Shown: in pieces, positions 28,040 through 40,427 of the stretch
Layout of the letters: every line of letters starts with the position of its first letter
Numbering within the stretch: the first letter of the stretch is position 1
Position numbers and translations under genes: made by a program
Source: Curvularia clavata
Lineage: Eukaryota
Reading direction: 5' to 3'
Assembly: GCA_023920165.1 (NCBI GenBank)
Contig: CP089281.1
Location: forward strand, 1,922,001-1,986,000
DNA: 64,000 nucleotides
The notes under the pieces: generated by a model
The model's database searches: none
The model's input: the letters and a program-made list of their open reading frames with translations, nothing else
What the model was told of the DNA's origin: nothing

Positions 28040-31000
28040 ATGCCCCACGGGCTTGAGCGATCTATATTGAATTCCACGTCTCGAGCAACCAATGGAAGGA
28101 TACACAAGCACGCCCCTCATTCTAGAACTCTACGAAAAATTCCAGGTCGCATTGAATTCCTCACATATGCGGACAAAACGAAGCAACCGTCATCGCCATC
28201 TTTGCATTGCCCATCAGTCGTACTTTTTCCGCCTTTCATACACGCTCTCAATGTAAAATCCTTGACGCGCATACATCAGTCGGCTGGCCACGCTAGTGAG
28301 GGAAGCTCCCATGCTTATAACCCAGGGGCTATGAATGATGCAGCAAAGAAGGGTCACGAAGACCAACTACTAACATCTCGCTTGGTACAATCTGTTGATG
28401 TTGCCACAATCGATCAAATTCTCCCTGGTGTTGTCGCAAGAACAGCTACTCCTCATCCTGAATCGTGGATTTTCAATTGCGAGCACAGTGAGATAGAGCT
28501 TGGACACGAAAACTTAGGTCGCAAAGGGTCAATGGGTGTCCTTGAATCTCAATCCGGTGGTGCTGCATTTCTATGTTCCGAACAACCCGCTGCAGATGGT
28601 GATTTCAAACAAAACCTGCCTTCACTAGCACCGTCTTTCCCCGGGAAAACAAGCAAACTAGCTGATCAAACACAGGAACCTGGAGCAATTGCTAGGCCAC
28701 CAATTGCACTTGAATCAATGGCAGATGCTGAGATTGATGAAGCTATGGATGCTGGACGGGACAATACTCACAATGAAACCTCTGCTGTTAGGCTTCTGCC
28801 ATTCAACACTGCCTCCAACCTGGTCGAAGCGCACCGCCGAAACATTTCGGTTCTTGATCATGTCGACAGTCGCCCAACATTTGGACGATGCATTGCGCAA
28901 AACATTAGGCTCCTAGGTGTACGTATCTCACCTCGTGGCGCAATCGCAACAAAGAGATTGCTCAAAGGCCCTGGGTATTGCGTTCAGCGGTTGTTTGGCC
29001 ACTTATCTTACATGCTGAACGATAAACTTTGTATGCAAACCAAAGCAAAGATAAATCCACAGGTCCCAGGCTGGGTTCGTCCTAGATCACAACCCAGCCA
29101 TCGACGAAAAGCACGAGGACGAACGGCGGCTAATCCTTTCACGCCCCATTTGTTCTCTTTGCAAAACTCCTCATCCGTCGGCAATCTTAATTCAATTAGC
29201 TGTTGGGCTTCTGCTCAGCGGTTATCGAGTGACCGATGCGCAGACCCACCTGCAAAGATTCTGGGTAAGACCATTTTCCCCATTCCAGAATCGTTGAGAG
29301 GATATTGAGAATCTTTGAAAGATGCCAACTCAGTAGTATCTTTACTGACCATTTGAATTTTAGGAAATTCAGCAAATTATGACGGGCACCTACTGTTTCC
29401 TATGTCAGCTCCCAAAAGTGCTGAAAGGCTCAACGTTGGATTTCCAGGTCAACTTGCTCCTAACATCAACGACCCTCTTCATAGCCTATACCAGTCTATA
29501 AAGAATGTATCAGATCTAGTGAACCTAATCAATTCGGCAGCCGATGATTGGGGTCTTGACCTGGAGCAGAGATCAGCTTTGGAGGGCGAGGTGTTCCATA
29601 GTGAATCATGCGAACGCACGCCTTGCGGTACTACACCAACACATCCGACCATGGCTGATGGAACCTCAGAAGGGAAGACTCACGAAAAAGAGACTTCCGA
29701 CACGGACTTCCAAACGCGAAAGAAGATCGAGGACTCGTGTATTCCTTGGGATGTGTGTGAGCGATTCGCCAAAAGCTTTGACTTAGTAGCGGGAGACTCG
29801 AATGCTCAGAATCAAGGCCGTGAAAAATTCGAGCGAGCTATTGACGATGCACGAATTGACCGAGAAAGAAGATTTGTTAGCCGATCGGAAGGCGCCGCTA
29901 AACCAGACGGCGATTCTATTGAGCTTGACGAAAGCATACTCGAAGCGGCCGAAGAAGAGGCTGAGGAAAGCATCGGCCACTCATCCAATTATTCCTCTGA
30001 ATGCTCAACGCCCGCCTCAGCTATTGCGAAATGCCCCCGAAGGTTTGAAAATGTACTACCCAGCGAGCCTTAGGAAAAGCTTCAGGTGGCGCGATTCGAC
30101 CTTCCGTTCACACTTAACTCCATCACAGCTTTTCTCGAAGCTCTCGAAGCACAGCCAACAGTAGAGCTCGCCTCTACTGAGATCAACGAAGATGTGCCAA
30201 AGACTGAACACTCTCAGGATCCTGTGGATGAGGAAAAATGCTTTTGTAGGCATCCAGAGGGTAGTGAGTCTGAAGGCGAAGTGCAGTACACGCAGTCCGA
30301 TCAACCACCGAAAAAGCCAATTTCATGTGATACCTACAGGCCTCCAATCAAAAGTCTTCAAAGCTACTTGAATGAGTCACGAAACCGGGCGACCCTGCAG
30401 ATACAAAGTGGTGATTTGCCCAGACAAATACTTGAGTTACGAGACGAGGCCAAGAGCAATTCTCTACCTATCAATCTCAGAGCAAAGGGGGTGATGTATC
30501 CAGATATACCTGCTCTCGGCCAAGGACCACAAACCATCACTGGCTATTTCGATATCCCCTGTCGGGCGCCGTCCGCCTTGAAAACTCGAAGAACGCCTAA
30601 CGAGATTGCCATTGATAACTGGCTACGACAGCTTCCAAACCCAACATCTCCAATGGCTTTATCACCAGTGGAATCGTGGTCGAGACACTCGTCTCTAAGC
30701 TTGCAGACTCCGGCGCTGATCCACGAACCGTCTCTAGAGCAGCTAAGGATTGTATGTGCTGTCCAAAGCCAATCGAGCGTGTCAATCAAGACACATTCTA
30801 AGAGAGAAACCGGCCAGAATAAGGAGCCAAAGACTGTCGACTGCTCTCAAAAGCCAGATGCTGTGAGATCCGCTGTTACCAGGTCATGGCCTGAGGCGCT
30901 GCCTAACAAGAACTTCCGGCTTGACTACAAGAGAACCCAGGATTTTTCGGCAGTGTGTGAGTCCCGGAAGCGACTTAAAGCACCCCTCGAGGCAACGGGA

Positions 31001-31660
31001 GAGCAATACCAAAGTGAACGCAACGTGCCTCCGGGTACAGTGGATCCTCGCCTCGAAACAACTCAAGACCATGGACCCACGACTTCTCCTTCCACATCAC
31101 TTTCCAAACGCTCTGAAAGGGTGGCGAATGACCGCGAGCAGCAGCCCTACCTAACGTGTTCTTACCGACAACGTGACGCCTCTTTGTGGGGGGAGTTAGA
31201 CTCGCAAACACGGTTCCCCAAGCCAGAAACCGAGACTCTGCCTCGCAAACGAGGATGGTTTATGCGTGTTTCACGACCCAAAGCAGAACCTCAGCATGAA
31301 CTTGGTCAAATCTCTCAGTCTCATCGAAATTACCAGTCAACCAAGCCGTTCCGAGATACAGTAATACTAGGGCTACCAGCGTGTCCTATGGGCATGCTAA
31401 GAAGAAGGAATAGTTACACCAATCATCATGGCAACAGCCAAGAAGGTGGAAAAGGCTCGGTTAACCCTGATCCAATGGGCAGCGACCACTCCCGTCTACA
31501 AGCAGCCTCTTCTAGGAGAAATGATGATTGTCTCAAACTCTGCCGAATTTTCCAAGAAAGCCACGAAGATGACCCACCATGCTGTCCCAGGCCTGTATTG
31601 AGGGAAGCTCATGAGCGATCCCGAGCTCGAACACCAACTACGCCTCTCTCGCGGCAGTGA
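28040..31660 (+). pseudogene. Large orphan, disorder-like protein gene interrupted by one in-frame TAG
   Basis: ORF 28040-29264 splices in phase (GTAAGA 29265 ... CTGAC ... TAG 29363) into the 29402 frame. That frame continues into ORF 30086-31660 across a single TAG at 30071-30073. No recognisable domain; start uncertain (28040 or 28331). Confidence 0.5.
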
Positions 31661-32360
31661 ACATGTTGTCTACCTTTTTCTTAGCATTAGCTGTAGAGTT
31701 ATCGGGAGTGTTATGGCTGCCATCAAATTCAATGGAGTAACAAATGACGCATAGTCCTGTTTATGGACATGTCACCGTTGAAGCAAAGGAAAATTGTTGT
31801 ATCAAAGGCAAAACCACCACACTTGAGACTGGTATAGCCGGCTAGAAAGTTTGCCTGGATGGAGCTTTTTCACGCAAGCAGAAACATGCCATACGCGAGA
31901 ATTAGCCGGACACTCAAGTCCTAATATCCAGAAACTGCAAGCCAAAAAGGTCATTGTTCGTATTCTTCAACGACAAGGCGCTTTCTGAGCGATTTTGCAG
32001 GGGTTTGAGACGGGTCAGAGATAATTCGGGTCTTGAGAACTAGACAAGAAGAGAAAACAAAATAGCGCCCAGGCGATCACTGGGAACATATGCTAAAGAG
32101 ACACAAGATGTGGAACTAGGCATTGAGGTTAGGAAATTACATTCGGAATGTCCTAGTCGACTGCATGCGATTGAGGATTGGAGTAATGAACTGGGTAGAT
32201 TGTAGCGTGTATCATCCTTGTCAACAAAATAGCACCTCACATAGCATCATCGCTGCAGCCAACGTGAGGCATACTGAGTTCGATTCACAAGTATCCAAAA
32301 CTCAGACTTTTCTACATGAAAATGATCATCATTCAACCAAAGGCTCATAAACTGCACATC

Positions 32361-34271
32361 CTACAGTCCCATAGCCTCCTTCGTCTCCTCCACCTTATCC
32401 GCCTCTCCCTTCTCCCTCAGCGCCACCTTCTCCACCTCATCAAACGCCTTGAGCGCCTCACCATACTGCTCAAACACCCCCTTCCTATATCCCTCGCAAA
32501 TCTTCTTAACAAAGCCCTCCTCATTCCACCTCGCCTCCAGGAAATCCTCAAACTTCTCCGTCGGCGACGAGCGCTGCACGCCCCATGCAGCTTTGTACGC
32601 CGCACCGAGGGCGCACGCATTACCTCCGATTTCGAGCTTGTAGACGCCGTCGGAGCCGCCGAGGACTTGGCCTGCGAGCTCGGCAATGGCTGGGTTTACG
32701 GCGCCGCCGCCAACCATGTAGATGCGGCGGGGTTGGGCGGGGAGATTGCCCTGAGGGGAGACGAGAGATTGCGAGCGCAGGCGAAGAGAGAGGAATTGCG
32801 ACTCGAGGATTGCTCGGGCGTCGGCTTGTGGAATGGGCCATGCCTTGTCTTCGGTTTTGCCCTGGGCGGCTTCTGGTGCTACGGCCGACAGCTGCTTGTC
32901 TTTGGCTAGGAAGCGCCATGTGCCGGCCTTTACGTTTGGCACGATTTCTGGACGGGGGAAGAAGAGTCCCAGGCGCATAGGGTCCGAAGGCTGTGCTTGA
33001 CCCAGAGCAGGAGTGGTGAGAGCTGTCTCGTTGAACTTGTCCCAGGACTTGTCGGATACACCGGAGGCTTTGTTGATTGCGTCGCGGATGTGCTCGCGGG
33101 CTAAACCGCCGTTCTTGTAGCACAGCATGAACATGTATAGGCCAGCGGTTGTGGGATGGTTCATGAAGTGATACGCGGGATCCGGCCTGTACTGTGGGGT
33201 AGACATAAGGAAAGTTGTCGACGTGCCGAGCGATACAATGGCATCTGAGGCGCGCAGAGGGAGAGCGAGGATCGTGGACGGGTTGTCGCCCGTGAATGCA
33301 ATGACTTGCGCGGATGAGGGGAACCCGAAGCGCTGGCTAAAGTATGGGGAGACGGTGCCGAAACTGGTGCCGCCGTCTTCATAGACGTTACCCAGTTTCT
33401 TCTTGAGTTCTTCGAGACCTCCGCTTCCTCCAGCTGCAAGGGCGAGCAGGTCTTCATGCCAACGTCCGTTCTTGATGTCCCACAGGTTTGCGCCCGTCAC
33501 ATCCGAAATATCCATTGGGGCCACCTTGCCCAAGAAGATGGATGCGAGGAACGACGATACAAGAGAGATGCGGGCGGTTTCTTTGTAGGCTTGGGGGTAC
33601 TTTTCCTGGAAGCGGAGGATCTGAGGGCCACTGAAGCGCTGTTGGAGTGATCAGTAAGAAACGATACAACAAGCGCGTGCGATACCTACGTGGTGAGCAC
33701 TGCTTCCAGTAGCTAGCGCTAGGTTGTTTGGGTCTCCCAGTGTTTTGTCGAAAGCGTCGCACTGCTTCTGTGTGCTTGCATCCTGCCAGTTGGGGCTGAA
33801 TGGATGGCTGAATGCACCCTTTCTCTCTCCTTTGGCACCTCCCTCGAGCTGCTCAATTAATGTCTTGCCAGCATCAAGACTGCCAAGTAGCTTCTCTGCA
33901 TCATGGCTCCAAAAGACAGTGCCATGCTGCATACCAGCGCCTGAGATACCCTGGACCTTTGAGAAGTCGGCGCCCTGCTCCTTCAATCGCTGCAGCACCA
34001 GCTCAATGGCTTCGAGCCAGAGAGCGACCGGTGCAAACACCTCGCCCTCGTCCGGGTTTGTGAGGACACCCTTTTCGATGCCATATTTCGAAAGGTCGGC
34101 GTCAAAGTCGACTTTCGCTTCGTGAATAAGTTTGAGGTCGGAACCGACAATGATTCCTAGATACCACCGTCGCGTTAGATTGTAGAGGCGGAGGGGTAGC
34201 TTGCGCGGGGTAATCTACACACCTTTGAGCTGCTGCGTGCTCAGGTCGAAGCCCAAAAATTGCTCAGCCAT
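32361..34271 (-). CDS. XKS1: Xylulose kinase (FGGY family)
   Basis: [19 protein letters not shown]...[14 protein letters not shown]...SPNWQDAST...GSSAHH|RFSGPQI...FTGDNP...SLGTSTT...[12 protein letters not shown]...VGGGAVN; two introns. Confidence 0.96.
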
Positions 34272-34832
34272 AGTAGATGTTGTGGGATGTGTTGGACTGC
34301 AGAGGCGGATCTTTGAATGTTATGACTTCACCGGGCATTGCTAAATAAGCCGTCGAGGCTCGTTGGTCTTGAGGACCCTCCTCGTGTCCCGCGATACGGC
34401 GCACCTCTGCCCCCATCACGGAAAGTACCGTCATGCACGGTACGAAACGAAAGCTGAGTTTATTGCGCAGCTCCGCTATTTTTGCGCGAGCTTCTTCGAC
34501 TTTCTATGGTCAAGTTATGTGGTGTTGAAGATTTTCTCCAGGTGTTGTTCAAATGTTGTCATGCATACAGAGCTCCTACTTTAGCCGGAGAATAAACGAC
34601 AGGGAGCGTACAAGACGGAATAAAAGGTTTGGGCTGGTGGGGCACTAGCTAAGGGCTGCAGCGATACCGAAATCATGATGAAAATAGCCTTTCGGTACCG
34701 GGCTGCACTAGTTTGGCAAGTCGAGCCGGCTGAAGTCCGCAGCCTCCACGGTTCTAGACCTTTTCTTTCGAAGTGTGATAGTCACGAGCTGTACATTGGC
34801 TTTGTAAGTTCTGAATAATTAAAGATCTTTGC

Positions 34833-37243
34833 TTAAATCATAAGATCAGATACATCCCATATCTTGAAAATGCCATCCCATGAAGCTGTTGCAATGTAGT
34901 TATCGTCTAATGAAAATGCAACGGAATTGACAGTGTGCTTGTGACCTCTCAAGTTCCGAACACATACACCAGTCTGAATGTCCCAAACTTTGGCGTCGAG
35001 ATCTGCAGAGCCTGTCAGCAAATACTTCCCGTTATGTGAGAATGCAACTGAGATGATATCCTTTTGGTGACCGAAGAATGTACGGACACATCTTCCGTTC
35101 GACATGTTCCAGAGTCTGGCGGTAGCCGGCGTTCCGTACCCGGCAGTCACCAGATGCTTACTATCTGGGGTTATGGCGATTGCGTTGATGTAGCAGTCGT
35201 CGGCGTGAATGCGGCAGACAAGAGACATAGTACTGACATCCCAAACACTCACAATCTCATCCAAGGATGCGGTGATCACTCGAGTACCGTCCATAGAATA
35301 CGCCACCGTATGGACGGTACCGGGATGTTCATGAATCGATGCAAAAAGCTCCTTGGTTTCTAGATTCCAGATCCTTGCACGTCCGTCCTTGGATGCTGAT
35401 AATATGTATTTGTTGTCGGGAGAGAATGATAGCTTGGTGGTGGACTGATGATCGAGGGATATGAGTCGGCTTTTATTGACAGTATCCCAGATGTTTATAG
35501 TCCCATTGTACGAGCTCCAGGCTAGTAGTTTTCTGTCCGGAGAAGACACAAGCCGCTCCAACAGCTCTCCATCGCCTATGAGCATTCGGCTGCATGTACC
35601 ATTTTGTGTATTCCAAAACCCAATGTTGCCATTCCCCAGTGAGCCCGCAACGCATTTTCCATCTCGCATAAAAGTGACTGAGGTGGCTGGACCGAGATCT
35701 GGCCTGATCGTCATAACAGATATGGCCTCGCTCTGAGAAGAGACTATTGAATGAGACTTCGGCTTGTGTTGCAGTTGTCCCATAGCTAGATCTCGTTAGC
35801 TGCGAAGAATTACACAACTAGAAGGCTAGCTTGAATCTTCAAAATGCATAATAATAAGCAGAAAATTACGTACAGAACCTCGCAGCAACCACTTGGGGAG
35901 CCTCTCGCTCAAACTGGGTCAGCTTCTCTCGCGCGCTGGTATACCCTGGGTGGTTCCTGAAATCAAACTTGACTATTGTTGAGTGGTCTGCGTCAACAGG
36001 GATTTTTTCTTCGATAAAGTCGGGTAGTTGAAGAAGCGCTGAATCAGTCTCGACTACAGTGACAAAGTCGCCCGTCCGCTTCCAGCGTTTACTCTCACTA
36101 TGCTGTCATGGGTTAGTAAAACCATACCACTGCATTATTCTTGAGTGAATATCCTACAAACTCAAGGCGCCTAGTCTGGCCCGTCTCATAGAAGCTCACA
36201 ATTTTCCGGTCGCGGATGAGGTTCTTGAAATCTGCCAGCTGGACTGCGAGCAGATCTGACTTTACTCTGATTTGCTTGAGCAGTGCGCTGCGCGGAGACT
36301 CTTCTTCTCTAGCCAGCATCTTTCCAATATCGTCTATCACGAGGCCCTTGTGTGGGATCCCAAAAAGAAGCATACCGTACGTGGCCTTATACAAGGACGC
36401 AATCGTCGGGTGGTCGACATTAGTGGCTTGGACCGCCTTTACAAGACACTAGTAACTTAGCCATGAACACAACAGAATACCTAGTGCTCATAACATACAT
36501 GAGCAAGGATGATGCCACCAAAGCTGTGTGCAACAAAGAACAGCGGCCTTTTCCGGAGCTGGTAAAATTATAGGGTGAGCCAAGCCCCTCATGTTGGTTC
36601 TTTTTATAACTTTGCTCACCTCCTCTGTGTTCCGCACTTTCTTCAGTTCCTCGAGCAGCCCACGTCCGTAATCCATGATGGTGTCGATACCATGGCTCAA
36701 TAGCTTCGAGTTGTACCCGTAGGTCATGGTGCGGCAAAATGGCAGGTCTTTAGACAGGAAGTCTCGCAGCCACATCCTCCCGAGGTTCCCCTTTCCTCTC
36801 CACGATCCGTACGCGTGGCCATCGAGGCCAGTGATAGCTATGACACTGCATAGGTTGTTAGTGGACATGATTTATTGAGACAGGGATACCTACTCGGCAG
36901 TAACTGGAGAGTCTGCCTTCGGAGTGTACAACTGCGTGAAGCCAAAGAAGTGCTGATCGAAGCTGATATCTGTGTCACCCATCTCCACCTGCCAGTCACC
37001 AAACGGGTTATCGTTCAACCCAGAAAGGAATTCCGGTACCCCGCCGTGGAATTCCACTAGTGCAATCTTCTCGTCATAGCGGTAGCATGAAGGGACAATC
37101 GCTATGCTGGGAACTTTCTTTGGCCGCTCTTCTTCGGTTAGGCTGTCATCGATAGCAGCCCTTAGTGAGGCAGTCAGCTCGTCGTCTAGCTGCGAGGCTA
37201 GTAAGCCTGTGACGCGGAAAACAGGGCCCTTTGCCCTAGCCAT
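34833..37243 (-). CDS. SesB-like alpha/beta hydrolase fused to WD40 repeats (NLR-related, no NTPase domain)
   Basis: Six exons splice in frame. Hydrolase motifs VIAITGLDGHAYGSW, MWLRDFL, YGYNS, FVAHSFGG (nucleophile), FGIPHKG, SFYET and DADHSTIVKF. A phase-1 intron (GTACGT...GCTAAC...TAG) then leads into about 7 WD40 repeats (GH...V.SVAFS.DG...L.T.S.D...K.WD). Confidence 0.8.
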
Positions 37244-37507
37244 GTGGGTGTTGGTGTGTATGGAGGTGTTCGCAATCGAGCGCAGCGTCTGTCGACGTCT
37301 CCAATGGGCATGGGAAGCAGGAAGGTGTCAGTTCAGCGAGATCGCGAGCTGAAGACAAGGGCTGAACTTGCATGCAGGGGTACGGAGGCGTCGACACTCT
37401 CGCTTATCGATCTCGTGCCGCTGTTGCCTATCTATATCATTTAATCTAAATGCAACATGAACTACAAGATGAGGGGTATTTCTCTGCTCCTAACCCAGTC
37501 GAGTTTG

Positions 37508-38412
37508 TTATGTGATATTTATATTCCATCTACCATTCAAACGGACTTGATTACTGATCTTGAATGCTTTACATCTCTCGTTCCGCCATGTCGCTATTAA
37601 GTGATAGCAAAACGAAACAAGCCATACCAAAGAGATTACCGTGAGACCCAACGCCACAGCAACCAAGGATGCTATGATAAGGCCTTATGAGGTTCTCTGA
37701 AATAGTATATCCCCCTGCAGTGTTGTTGTCGCAAGCCCAACCTATAGTGCCGACAAGACAACAGACAGAACAGCAAACATAGCTAGTATCCGTTTGACAT
37801 GACGGTTAAAGAAGGCTCGATACCATGTGGATCGGCTTTGATATCCTCTAATGAAATTTTGAGAAGAACAACAGGTGGGACGCACCCTGTATATAGCGTT
37901 CGAAAGGTATCTATAAAGTTCACCCAGCTGGACCACTATAAACCTTTTAGCAAGAGCCTCGTTTCTGTTGCAACCTCAAGGCCGCTTTTTTTGTACAAGC
38001 TATGCATGCGAAGTAGCAACCCGCATGCAGCGTTGTACAAGTCTTGATCTGAGGAGAACCGGCTGTTTCACGAATCCCAGTCGAAGAGGAGATCAGGCAA
38101 CGTTTTGATGAGAACCTGGTCTTTGAACCATACCGGATGCTTATCAGGATCTTTAGTAATGAGGACAGAGCGCCCTATAAACTTTGTCGGTGCAAAGGCC
38201 TTGTGGCTGTTGGTTGGCCCACGAGCCAAAGGTGATGGTCAATGGCGTTGAGTCTCTGTGTTTTCAGCTCCATAGACAGGCAAGCAATTGGGTTTGAGGT
38301 TGTCGGCGGTGGTTGCTCCAGTTGGAAAGCCATTCTAACTCTTATCGCTGCAAATCCAATTGGTGTGAGAGATGCGTCTGCGAAAGGATTGGTCTTCGAT
38401 ATTGGTGGCATG
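37508..38412 (-). pseudogene. DUF6601-like membrane protein pseudogene
   Basis: Remnants EL.T.RLNAIDHHLWLVGQP...RPLHRQ, QLGEL...LSNAIYR, RGY, VLSAL*VGLAT...FQRTS*G. Several stops and an apparent internal deletion or frameshift. Confidence 0.7.
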
Positions 38413-40427
38413 ATCTTCCCAGATTCTATGTATCTGAAGCATTTTAAAGCCTTATCAGAGTATTTAGTTGAATTCCATACTCGCTTTATACCATGACTAG
38501 CCATTGGGGAGCCGCTCGACGACTGGGACACGTCCTATGTGATGAGTATGACTGTCGAAGAGACTTTGGCTGAACCTCTCATAAAAGTATACCAGTGTCT
38601 TTTGGAATCAGGTAGCGAAAAAGGAAAAAAACGCAGACGTGAATGCAGGAGATCTTTCTTTAGGGAGGAGGAAGTGTTAGGTGTGCCAATGATTTGCTGA
38701 GGTGGTTGCCCCACTATGACTTTGGCTAGTACCTCACCTGACTTGAGTAGTTATCGCTAACCATGACTATAGAAGAGTTAGGGTATCTGCCCAACAGACC
38801 CGCAAAAAGGTTTCATCTTCCCTGCAAAACTTGTGTGTGCTGGACTTTTAGCCTCATGTCTGCTTGTATTTCAGTAACTGTGCAAGGCAGCAGGACGAGA
38901 ATAGAGAAGTCTTCATGTTAGTCCCGAAAAGGCGCGAGTGCGCCTGCTGGCAGCACACCAGTCTAGCAGTGAGTCCATCTTAGTAAGACGCGTTTCTCAG
39001 TTATACGCGATGCATGTTAGCATAACACGGAGTTACTAGTATACTTAGCTAAGAGGGTCTTCCAAAGGTGATACTATAATGGGGTTGAGCGAGGAGAGTA
39101 AGTGATACATTCTCTAGCAGACCCTTTTTCCATTTGAGAGTTACGCATGACGCATTATCTTGCTATATTCCCCTACGTTCCACCGCTAGTATGATATGCA
39201 TCGCAGCAAGGGACGGAACAAGATTGAGGGTCATCTTGTCGATATCCGTCTTCGAAAATATTTGGGTGGTTTCCTCTACAGCTCCGCTTTCGAATAGCGG
39301 TAGAGGAAAGTTACTCGTATCTAACAAAATAAATAAAACCTATGTTGTCATAGAATAATATGAAAATACGGTAGTTCGCAAATGGATATGGCGTCAACTC
39401 AGAATGGCTCATGTTGACAAATGTCCGTCGTTTGTCCGTGAACTTTAATTGACGAGGCTCCGGATGAAACGATGCCAGCGTTCTATTGGTCTACATTGTA
39501 GCTGGTAATTCATGTCAGAACTAAATGTTATAATATTACTGCCGATGACTCATTTTTGCTCATTCTGGGCTTATTCAGCTATAAGGATTCGGTCTGACAA
39601 TAATCGAGATCACTGCATTACCCCACCTTCCTTGGGTGTATTGCTTGATCAAGGTACATATACGATTCGGGAAAAAGTATTGCAAGTCCAAGGAATATGA
39701 TGCATGATCGACTCATAAGCAGTCATTATGATATTTGTTCAGTACTCGTGACTAGTATATATATCAAGCAAATCAAGCCATGATGAGAACTCATCCAACT
39801 CAATAGAGTGAAATATAAGAACAAACATGTTGGTAAGTATATTGCAAGCTTAGCACCCTCCTATTCTCAAAGATTATACCTTTTTTTGCCGAGGTGATGG
39901 CACCCTGAACAGGTGCCACATGATCATACCATCTTTCCGACATCGTCTGAAAAGAGAATACTTCCCAGAAATTTCATAATGCCTTTAGAATTCATAGATG
40001 CTAACGGATGTAAACAGTTATCATGTTTATGATTTTCTTTTCAGCCTTTTTCTCACAACCAATCAGCAGCATGTAGTTCCTACACGCGCTGCTTCCCCTT
40101 CTTCCTGCAGCCGCAAATGGACGACTACTCTTTAACGATTTTGGTTCCAGTTTTTTGTATTTTCACATATTCCTAAAGGCACGAGAAGACAACTAGACGC
40201 CAGCGTATGTGTACTCAGAAAAGCCTTTATGCAGCTCTACATTGCTTACGACAAATGGCTGTAGCGAGGAGCTTATAAACCGATTTTCTGCACATCAATC
40301 AGGACCGTCCACGCGAACGAAAAGAACAATTCATCATGTCTATGCAGTGAACGTTGGTTGTATCTACTGACTTAGACATATATAGACGAAAACGTAGGAG
40401 TTACAAACGTGTCAGCTATACGATCAA

